From: an uncultured Lachnospiraceae bacterium | GTDB lineage: Bacteria > Bacillota > Clostridia > Christensenellales > UBA1242 | Assembly: GCA_964606505.1 (NCBI GenBank) | Contig: CAZSGM010000001.1 | Span: 113,588 to 177,587, forward strand | Length of the DNA: 64,000 nucleotides | Direction of reading: 5' to 3' | Part shown: one piece after another, positions 54,569-64,000 of the stretch | How the letters are laid out: the number at the start of each line of letters is the position of its first letter | How positions within the stretch are numbered: position 1 is the stretch's first letter | Position numbers and translations under genes: made by a program | The notes under the pieces: model-generated | Databases searched by the model: none | Told to the model about the DNA's origin: nothing | The model's input: only the letters and a program-made list of their open reading frames with translations

Positions 54569-56134
54569 TTAACTTTGTTTAGGGTTTGCGGCTTGCAGGC
54601 GTTCCGCCTCAATTCGGGCTATGCGCGCCTTGGTTTTCTCAATTTTCTTGTTTCCGTGCAGGACGTCGTAAGCCATAACTCCCAAGCCTTGGATTAGGTA
54701 CATATAGTACTGGAACACGCGGTAAATCAGCATTGCCCAGACGACTGTACCCGCGCTCAGGTCGAAGTAATAGAACATTGTAACGTATGTAATCTCCGCA
54801 ACACCTGCCGCCCCTGGCCAAGGTATGTACGAGAGCACTGACTCAATCAGCACGCACCAAATGAATACCGCCGCGTATGTGTCCCAGTCGAGTTGTCCGC
54901 CGTTGAACATACAAACGACGCACGCGGGGATTAGGAAGCGTAGGCACGTAACCAAGAACGTTGACAGCAACATCTCAAGCATTACGAAAATGTTTGACAT
55001 AAAGTAGCGGAAGGTCTTTTGATATTCATTAACGAACCGCATAACTTTCCTAAACAGTGCCGTGTAGTTTTTGACGATGTGCATTTTGTGCAGCAGTTTA
55101 AGACCCCAAATTGTGAGCGTTGGCGCAATTTTCTTACTGAACGACAGGAAGAAAATGAACACCATAATCGCTGTATTGAGTATAACCCCGATTACCGCCG
55201 CAGTGTAAACCGTTGGGTCAAGCCCGCCCGCGATTTTCTTGCTGAAAATTAGCACGCTCACGGAAACGAGGGCAGTTACAAGCTGGTTAAAAATGTAAAG
55301 CGCAAACGGAACGGACGACGCCGTGCTGCCCTTAATTCCGCGCTTGGTCATATAATAAATTTGGAACGGTTGCCCGCCTGTCGAAAGTGGGGTAATGCTG
55401 TCGTAATAACGCCCCGTCGCCATAACTTTGTAACTCAAAAACGGTCGCGAAATTTTTGTCGAGCGGAAAATCAATGCCCAGTACCTAAAGGAATCGGCTG
55501 CCATTAACAGCGCAAACGCCGCGATTGCGCCCAGCAAATACCAAAAGTTTGCAACCGCGAACATATCGCCGATTGACGCCATACTGTCGTCTGATAGGCT
55601 TTGCGTAATTATGATAATCGCGATAATTGCGAGGTTCAAAATGAGGAAGCACGCGCTCATAATCTTTGTTTTCTTGTGCTTGCGTTTCTTCGTCGACTCC
55701 TCCGCCTCAACAAGCGCCTCTTTCGCAAACTCCTCGGTCTGCGCCAGTTCCTCAGAAGTTTGGTAGGACGTCAACATCTCGTCCGAAATCTGTGTTGTTT
55801 TACTGTAGAAAATGTGAACGCAACCCGCGCGCTTAACCTTAAGTTTTTCCTTTAAAAGCGGGTGTTGTGGTTTCGCTTTAATTTTAGGGGTGGTTTCGGC
55901 AGGCTCTGCGTGAGCGGCTTGCGTTGCAGACTCTTGCGCGGTTTCAACTTGTACATTTTGTGGTTGCGCGGCGGCTGTTTGGGAGCCTTCCTCTTGTGGC
56001 TCGGAACCCGTCGCTTGCGCAGTTTGCGTTTGAACCTCAGCGGCTTGCGCTTGTTCCGCTAAACCTTGCGTTTCCTGAACTTGCTCTTGCGGCGTCAAAA
56101 CCTTTTCTTCGCTTTTTTCCTCTATTTTTGACAT
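54569..56134 (-). CDS. Flippase-like (LPG-synthase-TM/UPF0104) membrane protein with a ~170-aa Gln/Glu/Ala/Thr-rich N-terminal tail
   Basis: GRYYDSITPLSTGGQPFQIYYM motif, ~8 TM helices. Confidence 0.85.
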   Translation of the reverse strand: MSKIEEKSEEKVLTPQEQVQETQGLAEQAQAAEVQTQTAQATGSEPQEEGSQTAAAQPQNVQVETAQESATQAAHAEPAETTPKIKAKPQHPLLKEKLKVKRAGCVHIFYSKTTQISDEMLTSYQTSEELAQTEEFAKEALVEAEESTKKRKHKKTKIMSACFLILNLAIIAIIIITQSLSDDSMASIGDMFAVANFWYLLGAIAAFALLMAADSFRYWALIFRSTKISRPFLSYKVMATGRYYDSITPLSTGGQPFQIYYMTKRGIKGSTASSVPFALYIFNQLVTALVSVSVLIFSKKIAGGLDPTVYTAAVIGVILNTAIMVFIFFLSFSKKIAPTLTIWGLKLLHKMHIVKNYTALFRKVMRFVNEYQKTFRYFMSNIFVMLEMLLSTFLVTCLRFLIPACVVCMFNGGQLDWDTYAAVFIWCVLIESVLSYIPWPGAAGVAEITYVTMFYYFDLSAGTVVWAMLIYRVFQYYMYLIQGLGVMAYDVLHGNKKIEKTKARIARIEAERLQAANPKQS

Positions 56135-56941
56135 TGTACCTATCGACCTTTTTGTTTTAGTAGTATAATAGCAAATAAAACTTTTTTTGTCAACACAATT
56201 TTAGTTTAGTTGCGAACTTTCGCTAAATAACTCGCTTTTTCGCCGCGAAATGCGTTGTTTTTCGGAAAACTTTGGCATTGAGCGGGGGAACGCTCGGGGC
56301 TTGTGAAAGGAATGCGGGCGAAAATTAGCAATTGACAGCGCGTGTTAATTGGTGGGTGGTTTATATAAAAACCGACTGCGACTCGGGGCAACAACGGGGA
56401 AAGTAAAAGTTAACTCAAAAAAATGAGCGGATAACTTAAAAAGAATAAAGAATACCTAATAAAAATGAAAACAATAAAGTAATATATTAAAATAAGGCAA
56501 ACAATAAAATAATGCCTTAAAATAAAGCAAGACCCATAAAAAAAGTAATACCTTAATATAAAATAAATAAATACATTAATAACAAATACACATTTCAAAA
56601 AGAAAGGAAAGCGGTTACTTCTTGTTTGCTTATCTTTATGCAAGTATTTATTTGAATAATTAAAACATTTAAAATGTCGCAAATGTGTTTGGATTGGTAC
56701 AAAAAATAAAAAAAGAAAAGCAAAGTAAAAGTTCGCTTGATAATCTGTGAAAAACCGCAGAATATGGCAATATATTAAAAAATAAAAAAGTAAAAATCCG
56801 TAGGACGTTGCAAAAATATTAGAAGGATATAAAATTATTTTAAAGGGGGTTAAAATGTTTGATATTTTTTTGCGGGTGTGATATACTAAAAAATGATAAA
56901 AATGCAATTTTTTAAAGAAATTTGTTAAGGAGTTTTTTATT

Positions 56942-59419
56942 ATGATTAAAAGCGAATTAGAAAACGTGAAAAAAGTGGGGGGGGGGGGTATAACTGCTAA
57001 AAACAGCAGTATACCCGCAAAAAATAGCAGTTATCCTGCAGATTTTGACAAAAACTGCAAAAATTCACAATATTTAGATAATACGAAAGAAAAAATAAAA
57101 AATGCACATATTACCTATAATGAATGTACTACAAAAACCATGTGTGCAGAAAAGGTGGGTAATATTATGTCAATTGAAAATAAAAATAAATATAAAACTA
57201 AAAATGGAAATAATAAAGTAAGCGTTCCTCAAGTATCCCATAATGAAAGCGCGATAAACTGCGCGTGTGTTACGAGTGTGGGTTGCGAACAAAATCACGG
57301 CGAGAAAAAAGTTTCAAAACACGTATGCGATAATTGTGAAGAGTTTTGGCGTAGGAATTGCGAAGCGGGTTGCGCGAACGCTATTAAGCCGAATGATACT
57401 AAGTTTAATAGGGATGAACGGGCGGAAGCAAAAGTTCGAAACGCGTTCACGGCGAAACTTTGCTTGTGCCTTTTTGCAATCGTTGCGTGCGTTGCGTGTG
57501 CGCTTGGGTTTTGCTTTGCGAGTTTGAGTGAGAGTTCCGAGTCAAATGTTATTAGCGCAGCGGCAGCATTTGGCGGTGGGACGGGGACTGAGGCTGACCC
57601 GTACTTGATAAGTTCGTTTGCAAATTTGAAGTCGCTGGCAACTAGCTGCAACGGCAACACGACTTATGTGGACAATTATTTTAAACTTACCGCCGATATA
57701 ACAATTAGTGGAACTGACTTAAGCAGTTGGACTCCAATTGGTTGTGATACAACAGGCAACAATACGGATAACCGCTACTTTTCAGGTATCTTTGACGGCG
57801 ATGACCACACAATCACTTATCAGGGCGCTGTAAATAGAAGCATAGGGGGCAAAACTATATATTGGGGGCTGCTGTTTGGGTATGTAAAGGGCAATGCTAC
57901 AAGCACAGTGGCAGCAACCAACGGCATTGTAAAAAATATAAATATTGTGCTTGTTGGTAATGAAACAACTACCCCCGATGAATTTCAGATGACGTTTACT
58001 GGTGGGGCCCTGCTTATTGGGGGGATTGTGGGTCGTTCCAATGCGGGGGTAGTGGATAACTGCAATCTCTCAGGCAGCGCAATGTCAGTTACATTTTCTT
58101 CTGGTAATGATAACTACGTTGGCGGCATTGTTGCTTCCGCTTCATACGTTAACAGCTGTAAATTTTATGCGGATTTCAAAGCGGAAGGTGGTGTATATTG
58201 TTGTGGCGCAATATGCGGAAATGCCTCTACTTACATGTCGACAATTCAGAATTGTGAAGTTATTAGTAAGGTAAACATATCAAAAACAGATAGCGGGTCT
58301 GATTGCTTGGGTATAGGAGTAATTGGGGGATTCGTGGAAGAAGATATCTTAAATTGTTATGTTAAAATAAAGGAAAATTCCTCAATAAGTGCTACTGGAT
58401 TTAATTATGCGAGATGTGGATTGATTGCGGGGCTGGCGAGTAAAAAAATCGACAACTGTTATGTTGAGGCTGATATGGCGTCATTTGTAATTGTTGCTGA
58501 TGACACGTATGCTGGGCTACTTTGCGGGGCTAATGGCGCAGCAAAGGTGTCAAATTGTCTTGTCAATGCAACAATTGACACGGCGTCAGTAGGGAACGGC
58601 TTTTATTTTATTGCCAACCACGGAACGACAAATAACTGTGTAATTATTGCAGATATTGGAACATTAACAGCGTCAAGTGGACCATATCTCCTTGCTCCCT
58701 CATACGCAACCGCCTACAATTGCGTAGTAATTACAAAAGTTGGGGGCGTCGGCACAACTTATCAAATTTCAAGTTCAAACGCAGGCACGACAGCAGACGG
58801 GATGATTTACGACGCAACTAACGGGCTCTACTCCGTGGCTTGGAACAGCAACAGCGTCCTTGTAAACGAACTCAAGCAAACGAGCACCTACACGAGCGGA
58901 ACAGCCAACTTTGCGTGGAACACCGCGGGCGGAACGACAGGCGGAACGGCTTGGAGTTTCGCACCTACCTATGGAAGTGAAACGGGGGTATGGTTCATCG
59001 CAGGTCAAGAAAACGACGGCTTCCCGTTACTAAAACAATTTTACGTGCCGTCGATAATCAGCGTAACAATTAACGTTACAACCAACCTAGGCGGCTCAAC
59101 CACGGGTAGCGGCACAACGGGTTCAATGGGCTCGGCGAGCGCGGGCGGAACCGCGGGCGCAGTCAACAAATTCATTCTCTACAAACTAGACGGACTAGGA
59201 AACGTCGTCAACCAGTACGTTGTCGAGAGTGGCAGCACCATACAATTTGAAAGCACAGCCTGCGACGCCTTTACAATAATGATAAACTACAAACTTTATA
59301 TGGTAACGACAATCGACGGCGAAAATGCCCTGCAAAAAACATTTACTCCGTCCGAAAATAAAACAATTAACATATCCATAACCGCTCCCGCAAACGTCAA
59401 CAATTGGATTGTTATTTAA
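56942..59419 (+). CDS. GLUG-repeat surface protein paralog C, in frame through its poly-G tract (phase ON as assembled)
   Basis: AAGGAG RBS. The single 825-aa ORF MIKSELENVKKVGGGGITAKNSS... has the same architecture (Asn/Lys/Cys-rich N-region, TM, GLUG repeats, C-terminal domain ending NNWIVI). Confidence 0.9.
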   Translation: MIKSELENVKKVGGGGITAKNSSIPAKNSSYPADFDKNCKNSQYLDNTKEKIKNAHITYNECTTKTMCAEKVGNIMSIENKNKYKTKNGNNKVSVPQVSHNESAINCACVTSVGCEQNHGEKKVSKHVCDNCEEFWRRNCEAGCANAIKPNDTKFNRDERAEAKVRNAFTAKLCLCLFAIVACVACALGFCFASLSESSESNVISAAAAFGGGTGTEADPYLISSFANLKSLATSCNGNTTYVDNYFKLTADITISGTDLSSWTPIGCDTTGNNTDNRYFSGIFDGDDHTITYQGAVNRSIGGKTIYWGLLFGYVKGNATSTVAATNGIVKNINIVLVGNETTTPDEFQMTFTGGALLIGGIVGRSNAGVVDNCNLSGSAMSVTFSSGNDNYVGGIVASASYVNSCKFYADFKAEGGVYCCGAICGNASTYMSTIQNCEVISKVNISKTDSGSDCLGIGVIGGFVEEDILNCYVKIKENSSISATGFNYARCGLIAGLASKKIDNCYVEADMASFVIVADDTYAGLLCGANGAAKVSNCLVNATIDTASVGNGFYFIANHGTTNNCVIIADIGTLTASSGPYLLAPSYATAYNCVVITKVGGVGTTYQISSSNAGTTADGMIYDATNGLYSVAWNSNSVLVNELKQTSTYTSGTANFAWNTAGGTTGGTAWSFAPTYGSETGVWFIAGQENDGFPLLKQFYVPSIISVTINVTTNLGGSTTGSGTTGSMGSASAGGTAGAVNKFILYKLDGLGNVVNQYVVESGSTIQFESTACDAFTIMINYKLYMVTTIDGENALQKTFTPSENKTINISITAPANVNNWIVI
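56977..56988 (+). repeat. Homopolymeric G12 tract
   Basis: Counted directly (4+8). Confidence 0.9.
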
Positions 59420-59451
59420 GTTGCAAAATATAAATAAAAACACACTACAAA

Positions 59452-59481
59452 AAGAGGAGAAAATGTTTTCTTCTCTTTTTA
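59452..59481 (+). terminator. Intrinsic terminator after paralog C
   Basis: AGAGGAGAAAA / TTTTCTTCTCT stem (one G-U pair) then T5. Confidence 0.6.
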
Positions 59482-59857
59482 AAATTTATTTAGTCGCGCT
59501 TGTGAAGGGTGCTTGCACGCCGCGCTTGCGCGAAAATGTTTGCACGCGGGGATTGTGCAGACAGGCGCGCGTTTGCGGCGAATACTCGGGGATTGTGTTT
59601 GTTGGAGCGCGCAAATAATTTTTGTTGTCGCTGCCGCTTTTTGCAGGTCGAAGGGGGTGCGGGGCAATGCGTACGAAAGGGCGTCAGGCGTATAAAAAGG
59701 GCGGAAATGCAAAGAATAATTAATAAAGTGGATTTTATGGCGCTTTGTACTTGTATTTTTTCTAAAAGTATGGTAAACTCTACTTTAGTACAGTTTAGTG
59801 GTGGTTTTTGCTATCTATTGCTGTTAGGGGCGATTTGACGGCTAAATGGGGGATTTT

Positions 59858-59932
59858 GCGGGATAACTTTGTTTTTTACGCAGGATAACCGCAGTTTTCT
59901 GCGGGATAACTGACAATTTTTGCAAATTTGCC
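59858..59932 (+). repeat. Three GC[GA]GGATAAC words plus a CAATTTTTGCAA tail, homologous to the 5' coding region of paralogs A and B
   Basis: GCGGGATAAC (59858), GCAGGATAAC (59880) and GCGGGATAACTGACAATTTTTGCAAATTTGCC (59901). Compare GCAGGATAACCCCCATTTTTTGCAATATTTGC at 16874 and GCAGGATAACTCCCAATTTTTGCAA at 29387. Confidence 0.5.
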
Positions 59933-60372
59933 AACAAATACGCGGTTGAATGAGTAGCTTTGTGGCTGCGTGCCCCAATCGTGCCTACTCAAACTTTGCG
60001 CCAGTGTACATAATTATTGTGTGCGTTTGCGCGTGCCTGTGCGAATACGGACTGAGTAACGGAGAGGCAGTTTTGCGGTTATGCGCGAATGCGTGGCGGT
60101 TGCAAAACTCTAACTTCTGCGCGTCCGTGCGAATGCGGTTACATAATTACATTACGGCGTCCACACGCGAATTGTGCCTGCGCCCGTGCGCGTAACGCGT
60201 AATTTAAACACGTACGTGCCTACGCGAAAGTTGCGCCTCCACATGGGGTGCGAATTGTGCGGGAGAACGCGTTAAGTTGTGATTGCAATTTTACAGTTTA
60301 TTGTTCAACTTTGTGCAGCGCGTGAAAAGCGGCTGCTAAAAATAAAAAACTAAAGAAAAATGAAGGTTAAGG

Positions 60373-62397
60373 ATGATTTATAACATTTTTATTGTGGCAT
60401 TTGTAGTGCTTGCCGCGATTATACCGCTTGTTATTTACAAAAACAAGATTGGCGAAGATAGGTTTAGATTAATACTGAAGATTTTGACAGTGGCGCTGTT
60501 CTGCCTTGCGATTTTGAGGCAATACCTTAACGACAGTTTTATTTGGGTCATTAACGGCGGTACGTATGATATGATGTACTTTGAGACGACGGACGTATTC
60601 CAGTCGCTGCTTAGGTGGGGGATGTTGTTTGCGTTTGTTGTGTATCCGTGCAGTGCGTTTTTCAAAACAAAGACGCTTAAAAACTTCGCGATGTACTTCT
60701 GTTTTCCCGTGGCGCTTATAAGCCTGTGTTGTTACGACACGTTCTTGGAGTACTTTACAACGCCGTCTGGGCGCGCGATTATGACGGGCGACGTGTTTAG
60801 GCACATTGAGTTTTCGCTTGAGTTAATCTTGTTGTTGCTCGTGCCGCTGATTATGCGTTTCTGCCTCGGCGAAAAGTTTGACGTGAAAAACAAAACTGAG
60901 TGGATTAACTTCTTCGTGTTGCTCCCGCTTGGGCTGCTGGTAACCGTTCCTGTTGTGCTTCCGCAGTCGCTGTTCGGGTTCACGGATATGTTTATGCTTC
61001 CGCTTTCAATGCAAAACTTCTTGTGGATTGCGGTAATTTTCGGGCTGCTCATCGGGATATACTTTGGGTTCCGCTTCAAAGACCGCGAAACGCGCGTAAT
61101 GATATGTACGTTCTTGGCGCTGTTTTTGTTCCTGCACTACAACTCGATTTACCTGATGGACTTCAAGATGAGTAGGTTGCCGTTCCAGTTGTGTAACCTC
61201 GGCTCGTACCTCGTGCTGATAGCGTTGCTTATCAAAAAGCAGAGTTTCTTTAACTTCGTGCTCGTGGCAAACGTCGCGGGGGCGATGATAGCGTTCTGCG
61301 TGCCGGACATCTCGGAGGGGATGTTGTCGTTCTGGAACATCCACTTCTACATTGAGCACACGTGGGTGTTTGTCGTGCCGCTGCTTATGGTTGCGCTGCG
61401 CGTTATGGAAAGGCCAAAGATGAACGCAATCAAGCACTTCTTCATTGGTTTCAGTATATACTTTGCGTTCTGCGTTGTCGCGGGCATAATCGCAAACTGT
61501 TTCCTTTACATCCCTTACCATCCATTCTACAATAAAGTTAACTACTTCTACATATTCGACACGACCGTGTTGAGTGCGCTGCCAGTGTTGAGTTTCACGA
61601 TGAAATGGGCAGTTACAATTAACGGCTACACATTCTATCCAATCTATATGGCAGTTATCTACGTGCTGTATTCAATATATTGTTTGGCGTTCTTCTTCAT
61701 TTTTAGGCAACTGTGCAAGATGGGCGACGACCACTTCAAAGCGCGTCAAATCCGTATCGACCTGTATAACAAACGCGGCCGCTACCAAAATAGACGCATA
61801 CCTAAAAAGGAGTACGACCCAGAAACGCCTACTCCAAAACTTTCTCTCCCGCTCGGGAACACCCCCGCGCTCGCCGCGGCTGCCGTAGCAGGGGAACTCG
61901 CGCCGTCTCTAATTGATACCAAAACACTTGAGCGCTCGCAAGCGGTTGTTGACGCCGCGCAATTTTCGGTACAAAACCCACAAAGCGAGCCACGCGCAAA
62001 ACCCTATCACCGCGCGGACGGGCTCGCACCACAAAATGATGAGGCGCAAACCGCGGCAGCCACCGAAACGGTAGCCGCGCAAACCGCCGCGCCGCTTGAT
62101 ACGGACAAAGGGCAGAAACCTGTAGATAAATCTCCAAAATCTACAACATCCAAATCTTCTGCCCAAACCGCTGCAATCCCTGAGCAGCAACCTAAGCAAG
62201 CGGCGTGTCTCGGGCAAGAGCCCCAGTCTGAACAGCCTCCCCTGACTGAGCAGACTGCGGAAACAGAACAAGCGCAACTTAAACAAGTTGCGCAGCCTGA
62301 GAAAACAAAGTCGTCTGCAAAAACTAAGCGGAATTCCTCCGTTAAAAGAAAAGCAGGCGCAAATAAAAAAAGTGCAAAAAACACATCAAAAAAATGA
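60373..62397 (+). CDS. Polytopic membrane protein (possibly YwaF/TMEM164-like) with a ~200-aa Pro/Gln/Ala/Lys-rich C-terminal tail
   Basis: At least 10 hydrophobic helices and an RLPFQLCNLGSY motif. The family call is from memory and is weak. Confidence 0.7.
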   Translation: MIYNIFIVAFVVLAAIIPLVIYKNKIGEDRFRLILKILTVALFCLAILRQYLNDSFIWVINGGTYDMMYFETTDVFQSLLRWGMLFAFVVYPCSAFFKTKTLKNFAMYFCFPVALISLCCYDTFLEYFTTPSGRAIMTGDVFRHIEFSLELILLLLVPLIMRFCLGEKFDVKNKTEWINFFVLLPLGLLVTVPVVLPQSLFGFTDMFMLPLSMQNFLWIAVIFGLLIGIYFGFRFKDRETRVMICTFLALFLFLHYNSIYLMDFKMSRLPFQLCNLGSYLVLIALLIKKQSFFNFVLVANVAGAMIAFCVPDISEGMLSFWNIHFYIEHTWVFVVPLLMVALRVMERPKMNAIKHFFIGFSIYFAFCVVAGIIANCFLYIPYHPFYNKVNYFYIFDTTVLSALPVLSFTMKWAVTINGYTFYPIYMAVIYVLYSIYCLAFFFIFRQLCKMGDDHFKARQIRIDLYNKRGRYQNRRIPKKEYDPETPTPKLSLPLGNTPALAAAAVAGELAPSLIDTKTLERSQAVVDAAQFSVQNPQSEPRAKPYHRADGLAPQNDEAQTAAATETVAAQTAAPLDTDKGQKPVDKSPKSTTSKSSAQTAAIPEQQPKQAACLGQEPQSEQPPLTEQTAETEQAQLKQVAQPEKTKSSAKTKRNSSVKRKAGANKKSAKNTSKK

Positions 62398-62816
62398 AAA
62401 AATTTAACCCAACCCAAATGAAATTAGTTGAAAAGATTATCCCCAATAATCTTAAAAAGGGTAAACTTTGTAATTCTAATAAAAGACCCTAAAAACAAAA
62501 TTATCTCCAAAATCTAAAACCCTATAAAAAGCCCAAAAAAAATTTAAAATGAATACCCTAAAATAATTAAAGCCCAAAAACTTAAAACCCCCAAACCCTA
62601 AATCTAAAATGATTAAATTACCCAACCCAAATGAAATTAGTTGAAAAAAATAAGCCCAAAAAATAAAAAACAAAAATAAAAACCCCAAAATGAAAAAAGA
62701 CCCTAAAACTTAAAAAAACAAAAAGACCCAAAGACCCCAAAATTAAAAGGAACTCCCTCAAAAGTGAGGGCGAACAACACAAAGCGAGAAAACTTGAATA
62801 AACAAGAGGAAGAACT
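62398..62816. repeat. A/C-rich, G/T-poor low-complexity spacer with CCCAAAA/CCCTAAA words and a 28-bp direct repeat
   Basis: ACCCAACCCAAATGAAATTAGTTGAAAA occurs at ~62405 and ~62620. Strong strand asymmetry by direct reading. Confidence 0.7.
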
Positions 62817-63533
62817 ATGTTAAAAATAACGAATTTATCTAAAAGATACGGCAAGAGCACGGTTAAGTCGGTTGACGGTATGTCGCTGGAACTTAGGGAA
62901 GGCGAAGTTTTTGGCTTTCTTGGACCCAACGGCGCGGGCAAGAGCACGACGATAAAGTGTATTGTTGGCATATTGCCGTTTGAAGAGGGCGAAATAAGTG
63001 TTTGCGGCGTAGACTTACTCAAAGACCCGCTCAAAGCCAAGCAAAACATCGGCTACGTTCCTGATAACCACGCCGTTTTTGAGAGGCTTACGGGGCGCGA
63101 GTACGTTAACCACATCGCGAACTTATACAACGTTCCTGTCGACCAAATGGAGAAAATCAGCAGCCATTACGTGAAAATGTTTAAACTTGAGCACGCGTTT
63201 GATAACCCCATCAAAAGCTACTCGCACGGTATGAAACAAAAGATTTCCGTAATTGCGGCGCTTGTTCACAACCCAAAACTTTGGATACTTGACGAGCCGC
63301 TAACAGGGCTTGACCCGCAGAGCGCGTACCAACTTAAGACCGCAATGCGCAAACACGCCGATGCGGGAAACACGGTGTTCTTTAGTTCGCACATTCTCGA
63401 CGTTGTCGAAAACCTTTGCGACCGTGTCTGCATTATAAAGAAGGGAAAACTGCAAACAATCCTCGACATTCACGAATTGAAAGCAAACAATCAGTCGCTT
63501 GAAAAAATGTTTATGGAAATAATAGGAGAATAA
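62817..63533 (+). CDS. ABC transporter ATP-binding protein
   Basis: GPNGAGKST Walker A, YSHGMKQK signature, LWILDEP Walker B. Confidence 0.9.
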   Translation: MLKITNLSKRYGKSTVKSVDGMSLELREGEVFGFLGPNGAGKSTTIKCIVGILPFEEGEISVCGVDLLKDPLKAKQNIGYVPDNHAVFERLTGREYVNHIANLYNVPVDQMEKISSHYVKMFKLEHAFDNPIKSYSHGMKQKISVIAALVHNPKLWILDEPLTGLDPQSAYQLKTAMRKHADAGNTVFFSSHILDVVENLCDRVCIIKKGKLQTILDIHELKANNQSLEKMFMEIIGE

Positions 63534-63534
63534 A

Positions 63535-64000
63535 GTGGAAAAATCGCAAATTTCAAAGTTATTTAAGCTGCAGTTAGATAACAAGTACACGCTTTTTAAG
63601 CAAAAAGACTGGAAATCTGCGCTAAAGCAAGTGGGCAAGTACGCGGTACTTGTTGCGCTCATAACGCTCGCGCTGTATCTAATCTTGAACAAAATTGTTT
63701 TCTTACTTGCAATAAACATTAACGCGCAACTGATTGCCGTCGTGATATTGTTTACACAAGCAGTTACCTTTTTCTTCGCGCTGGGGAACATAATTCGGAC
63801 GATGTATCTGTCAAAAGATAACGAGCTGCTTATGGTTCTGCCAGTTACGTTTAACCAGCTGTTTATTTCAAAGACAATCCTTTTGTATGTATCAGAACTT
63901 ATTTTCTCGATTAAGTTCGTGCTGCCCGTGTTTTTGACGCTCGGCATATTGGGCGGACTGCCAGTATTGTATTTTGCAATGATTGTGCTAGTCATCCCGA
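63535..64000 (+). CDS. Putative ABC-exporter permease; 3' end lies outside the window (absent from the ORF track)
   Basis: GGAG RBS, then GTG 63535 two nt after the ATPase stop. The frame is open to the window end, translating VEKSQISKLFKLQLDNKYTLFKQKDWKSALKQVGKYAVLVALITLALYLILNKIVFLLAI... with several TM helices. Confidence 0.7.
   Translation, partial: MEKSQISKLFKLQLDNKYTLFKQKDWKSALKQVGKYAVLVALITLALYLILNKIVFLLAININAQLIAVVILFTQAVTFFFALGNIIRTMYLSKDNELLMVLPVTFNQLFISKTILLYVSELIFSIKFVLPVFLTLGILGGLPVLYFAMIVLVIP

Noticed and set aside
56410-56907. 165-aa minus-strand ORF (and the similar 13706-14032) through AT-rich spacers
   Set aside because: The Phe/Tyr/Ile/Leu-rich low-complexity translation comes from T-rich DNA. 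There is no RBS, and the ORFs overlap repeat spacers and promoter regions of real genes.
62398-62816. CCCTAAA/CCCAAAA words resembling telomere repeats (the complement of TTTAGGG)
   Set aside because: The copies are scattered and degenerate, not a tandem array. They sit internally between two ordinary bacterial genes. This is best described as an A/C-rich low-complexity spacer.
63300-63995. 231-aa minus-strand ORF
   Set aside because: It is antisense to the ABC ATPase 3' end and to a better-supported plus-strand permease frame, and it has no RBS.
1-64000. Alternative genetic code, or a diversity-generating retroelement/shufflon, as the source of surface-gene variability
   Set aside because: efp, ung, dut, rsmA and others have normal lengths with standard stops. 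No reverse transcriptase is present, and I saw no template/variable repeat pair or multi-site inverted-repeat shufflon. The variability signals actually present are the inversion switch and the poly-G tracts.

Overview
This is a 64-kb chromosomal window from a Firmicutes-like bacterium. It has AAGGAG-type RBSs, TTGACA/TATAAT promoters and the standard genetic code; the taxon cannot be fixed from sequence alone. Recognisable housekeeping genes are efp, ung, rsmA/ksgA, dut, a pnuC-like transporter, a YnbB-like PLP enzyme, a FabG-like SDR, an RsmC-like methyltransferase, an Amidase_3 hydrolase, a GT2-TPR glycosyltransferase, a flippase-like membrane protein and an ABC transporter. Between them sits an unusually dense set of very large plus-strand surface-protein genes:
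- GLUG-repeat paralogs at 3-1817, 16765-19427, 29272-31754 and 56942-59419, plus the C-terminus of the 2060-aa protein at 47980-54159.
- A Big_2+MBG lipoprotein (8576-11896).
- A PMP/pectin-lyase-like protein (22596-25349).
- An LRR-like protein (37282-38396).

The main hunt result is that these surface genes look wired to independent stochastic switches.
1. A lox-like pair of inverted sites (22347-22536) brackets a 124-bp promoter cassette. It lies just downstream of a tyrosine recombinase (21010-21921) and upstream of 22596-25349. In this assembly the promoter points away from the gene, into a hairpin+T8 terminator formed by the left site.
2. Four homopolymeric G tracts of 12, 15, 14 and 12 nt sit directly after a short leader (three of the four share MxKSExENVKK[LV]GGGG). 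One locus is in frame and three are one nt out of frame.
3. The paralogs share near-identical 3' cassettes in direct orientation, which are substrates for gene conversion.

Other notable items:
- A 3.25-kb AT-rich phage-like cassette (TerS-P27-like, DUF488-like, unknown, ParB-like) with no integrase. It is bracketed by 665-bp direct repeats that duplicate the 5' end of the amidase gene.
- A second, 124-bp direct-repeat pair around a frameshifted AAA-ATPase gene.
- At least eight perfect DnaA boxes in three clusters, with no dnaA in view.
- A bacterial mTERF-repeat protein.
- Many intergenic regions built from locus-specific tandem degenerate repeats (10-bp phased, 18-, 19- and 22-bp units).

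No rRNA, tRNA or CRISPR array was seen. All calls come from reading the sequence and ORF translations by eye; no searches were run.
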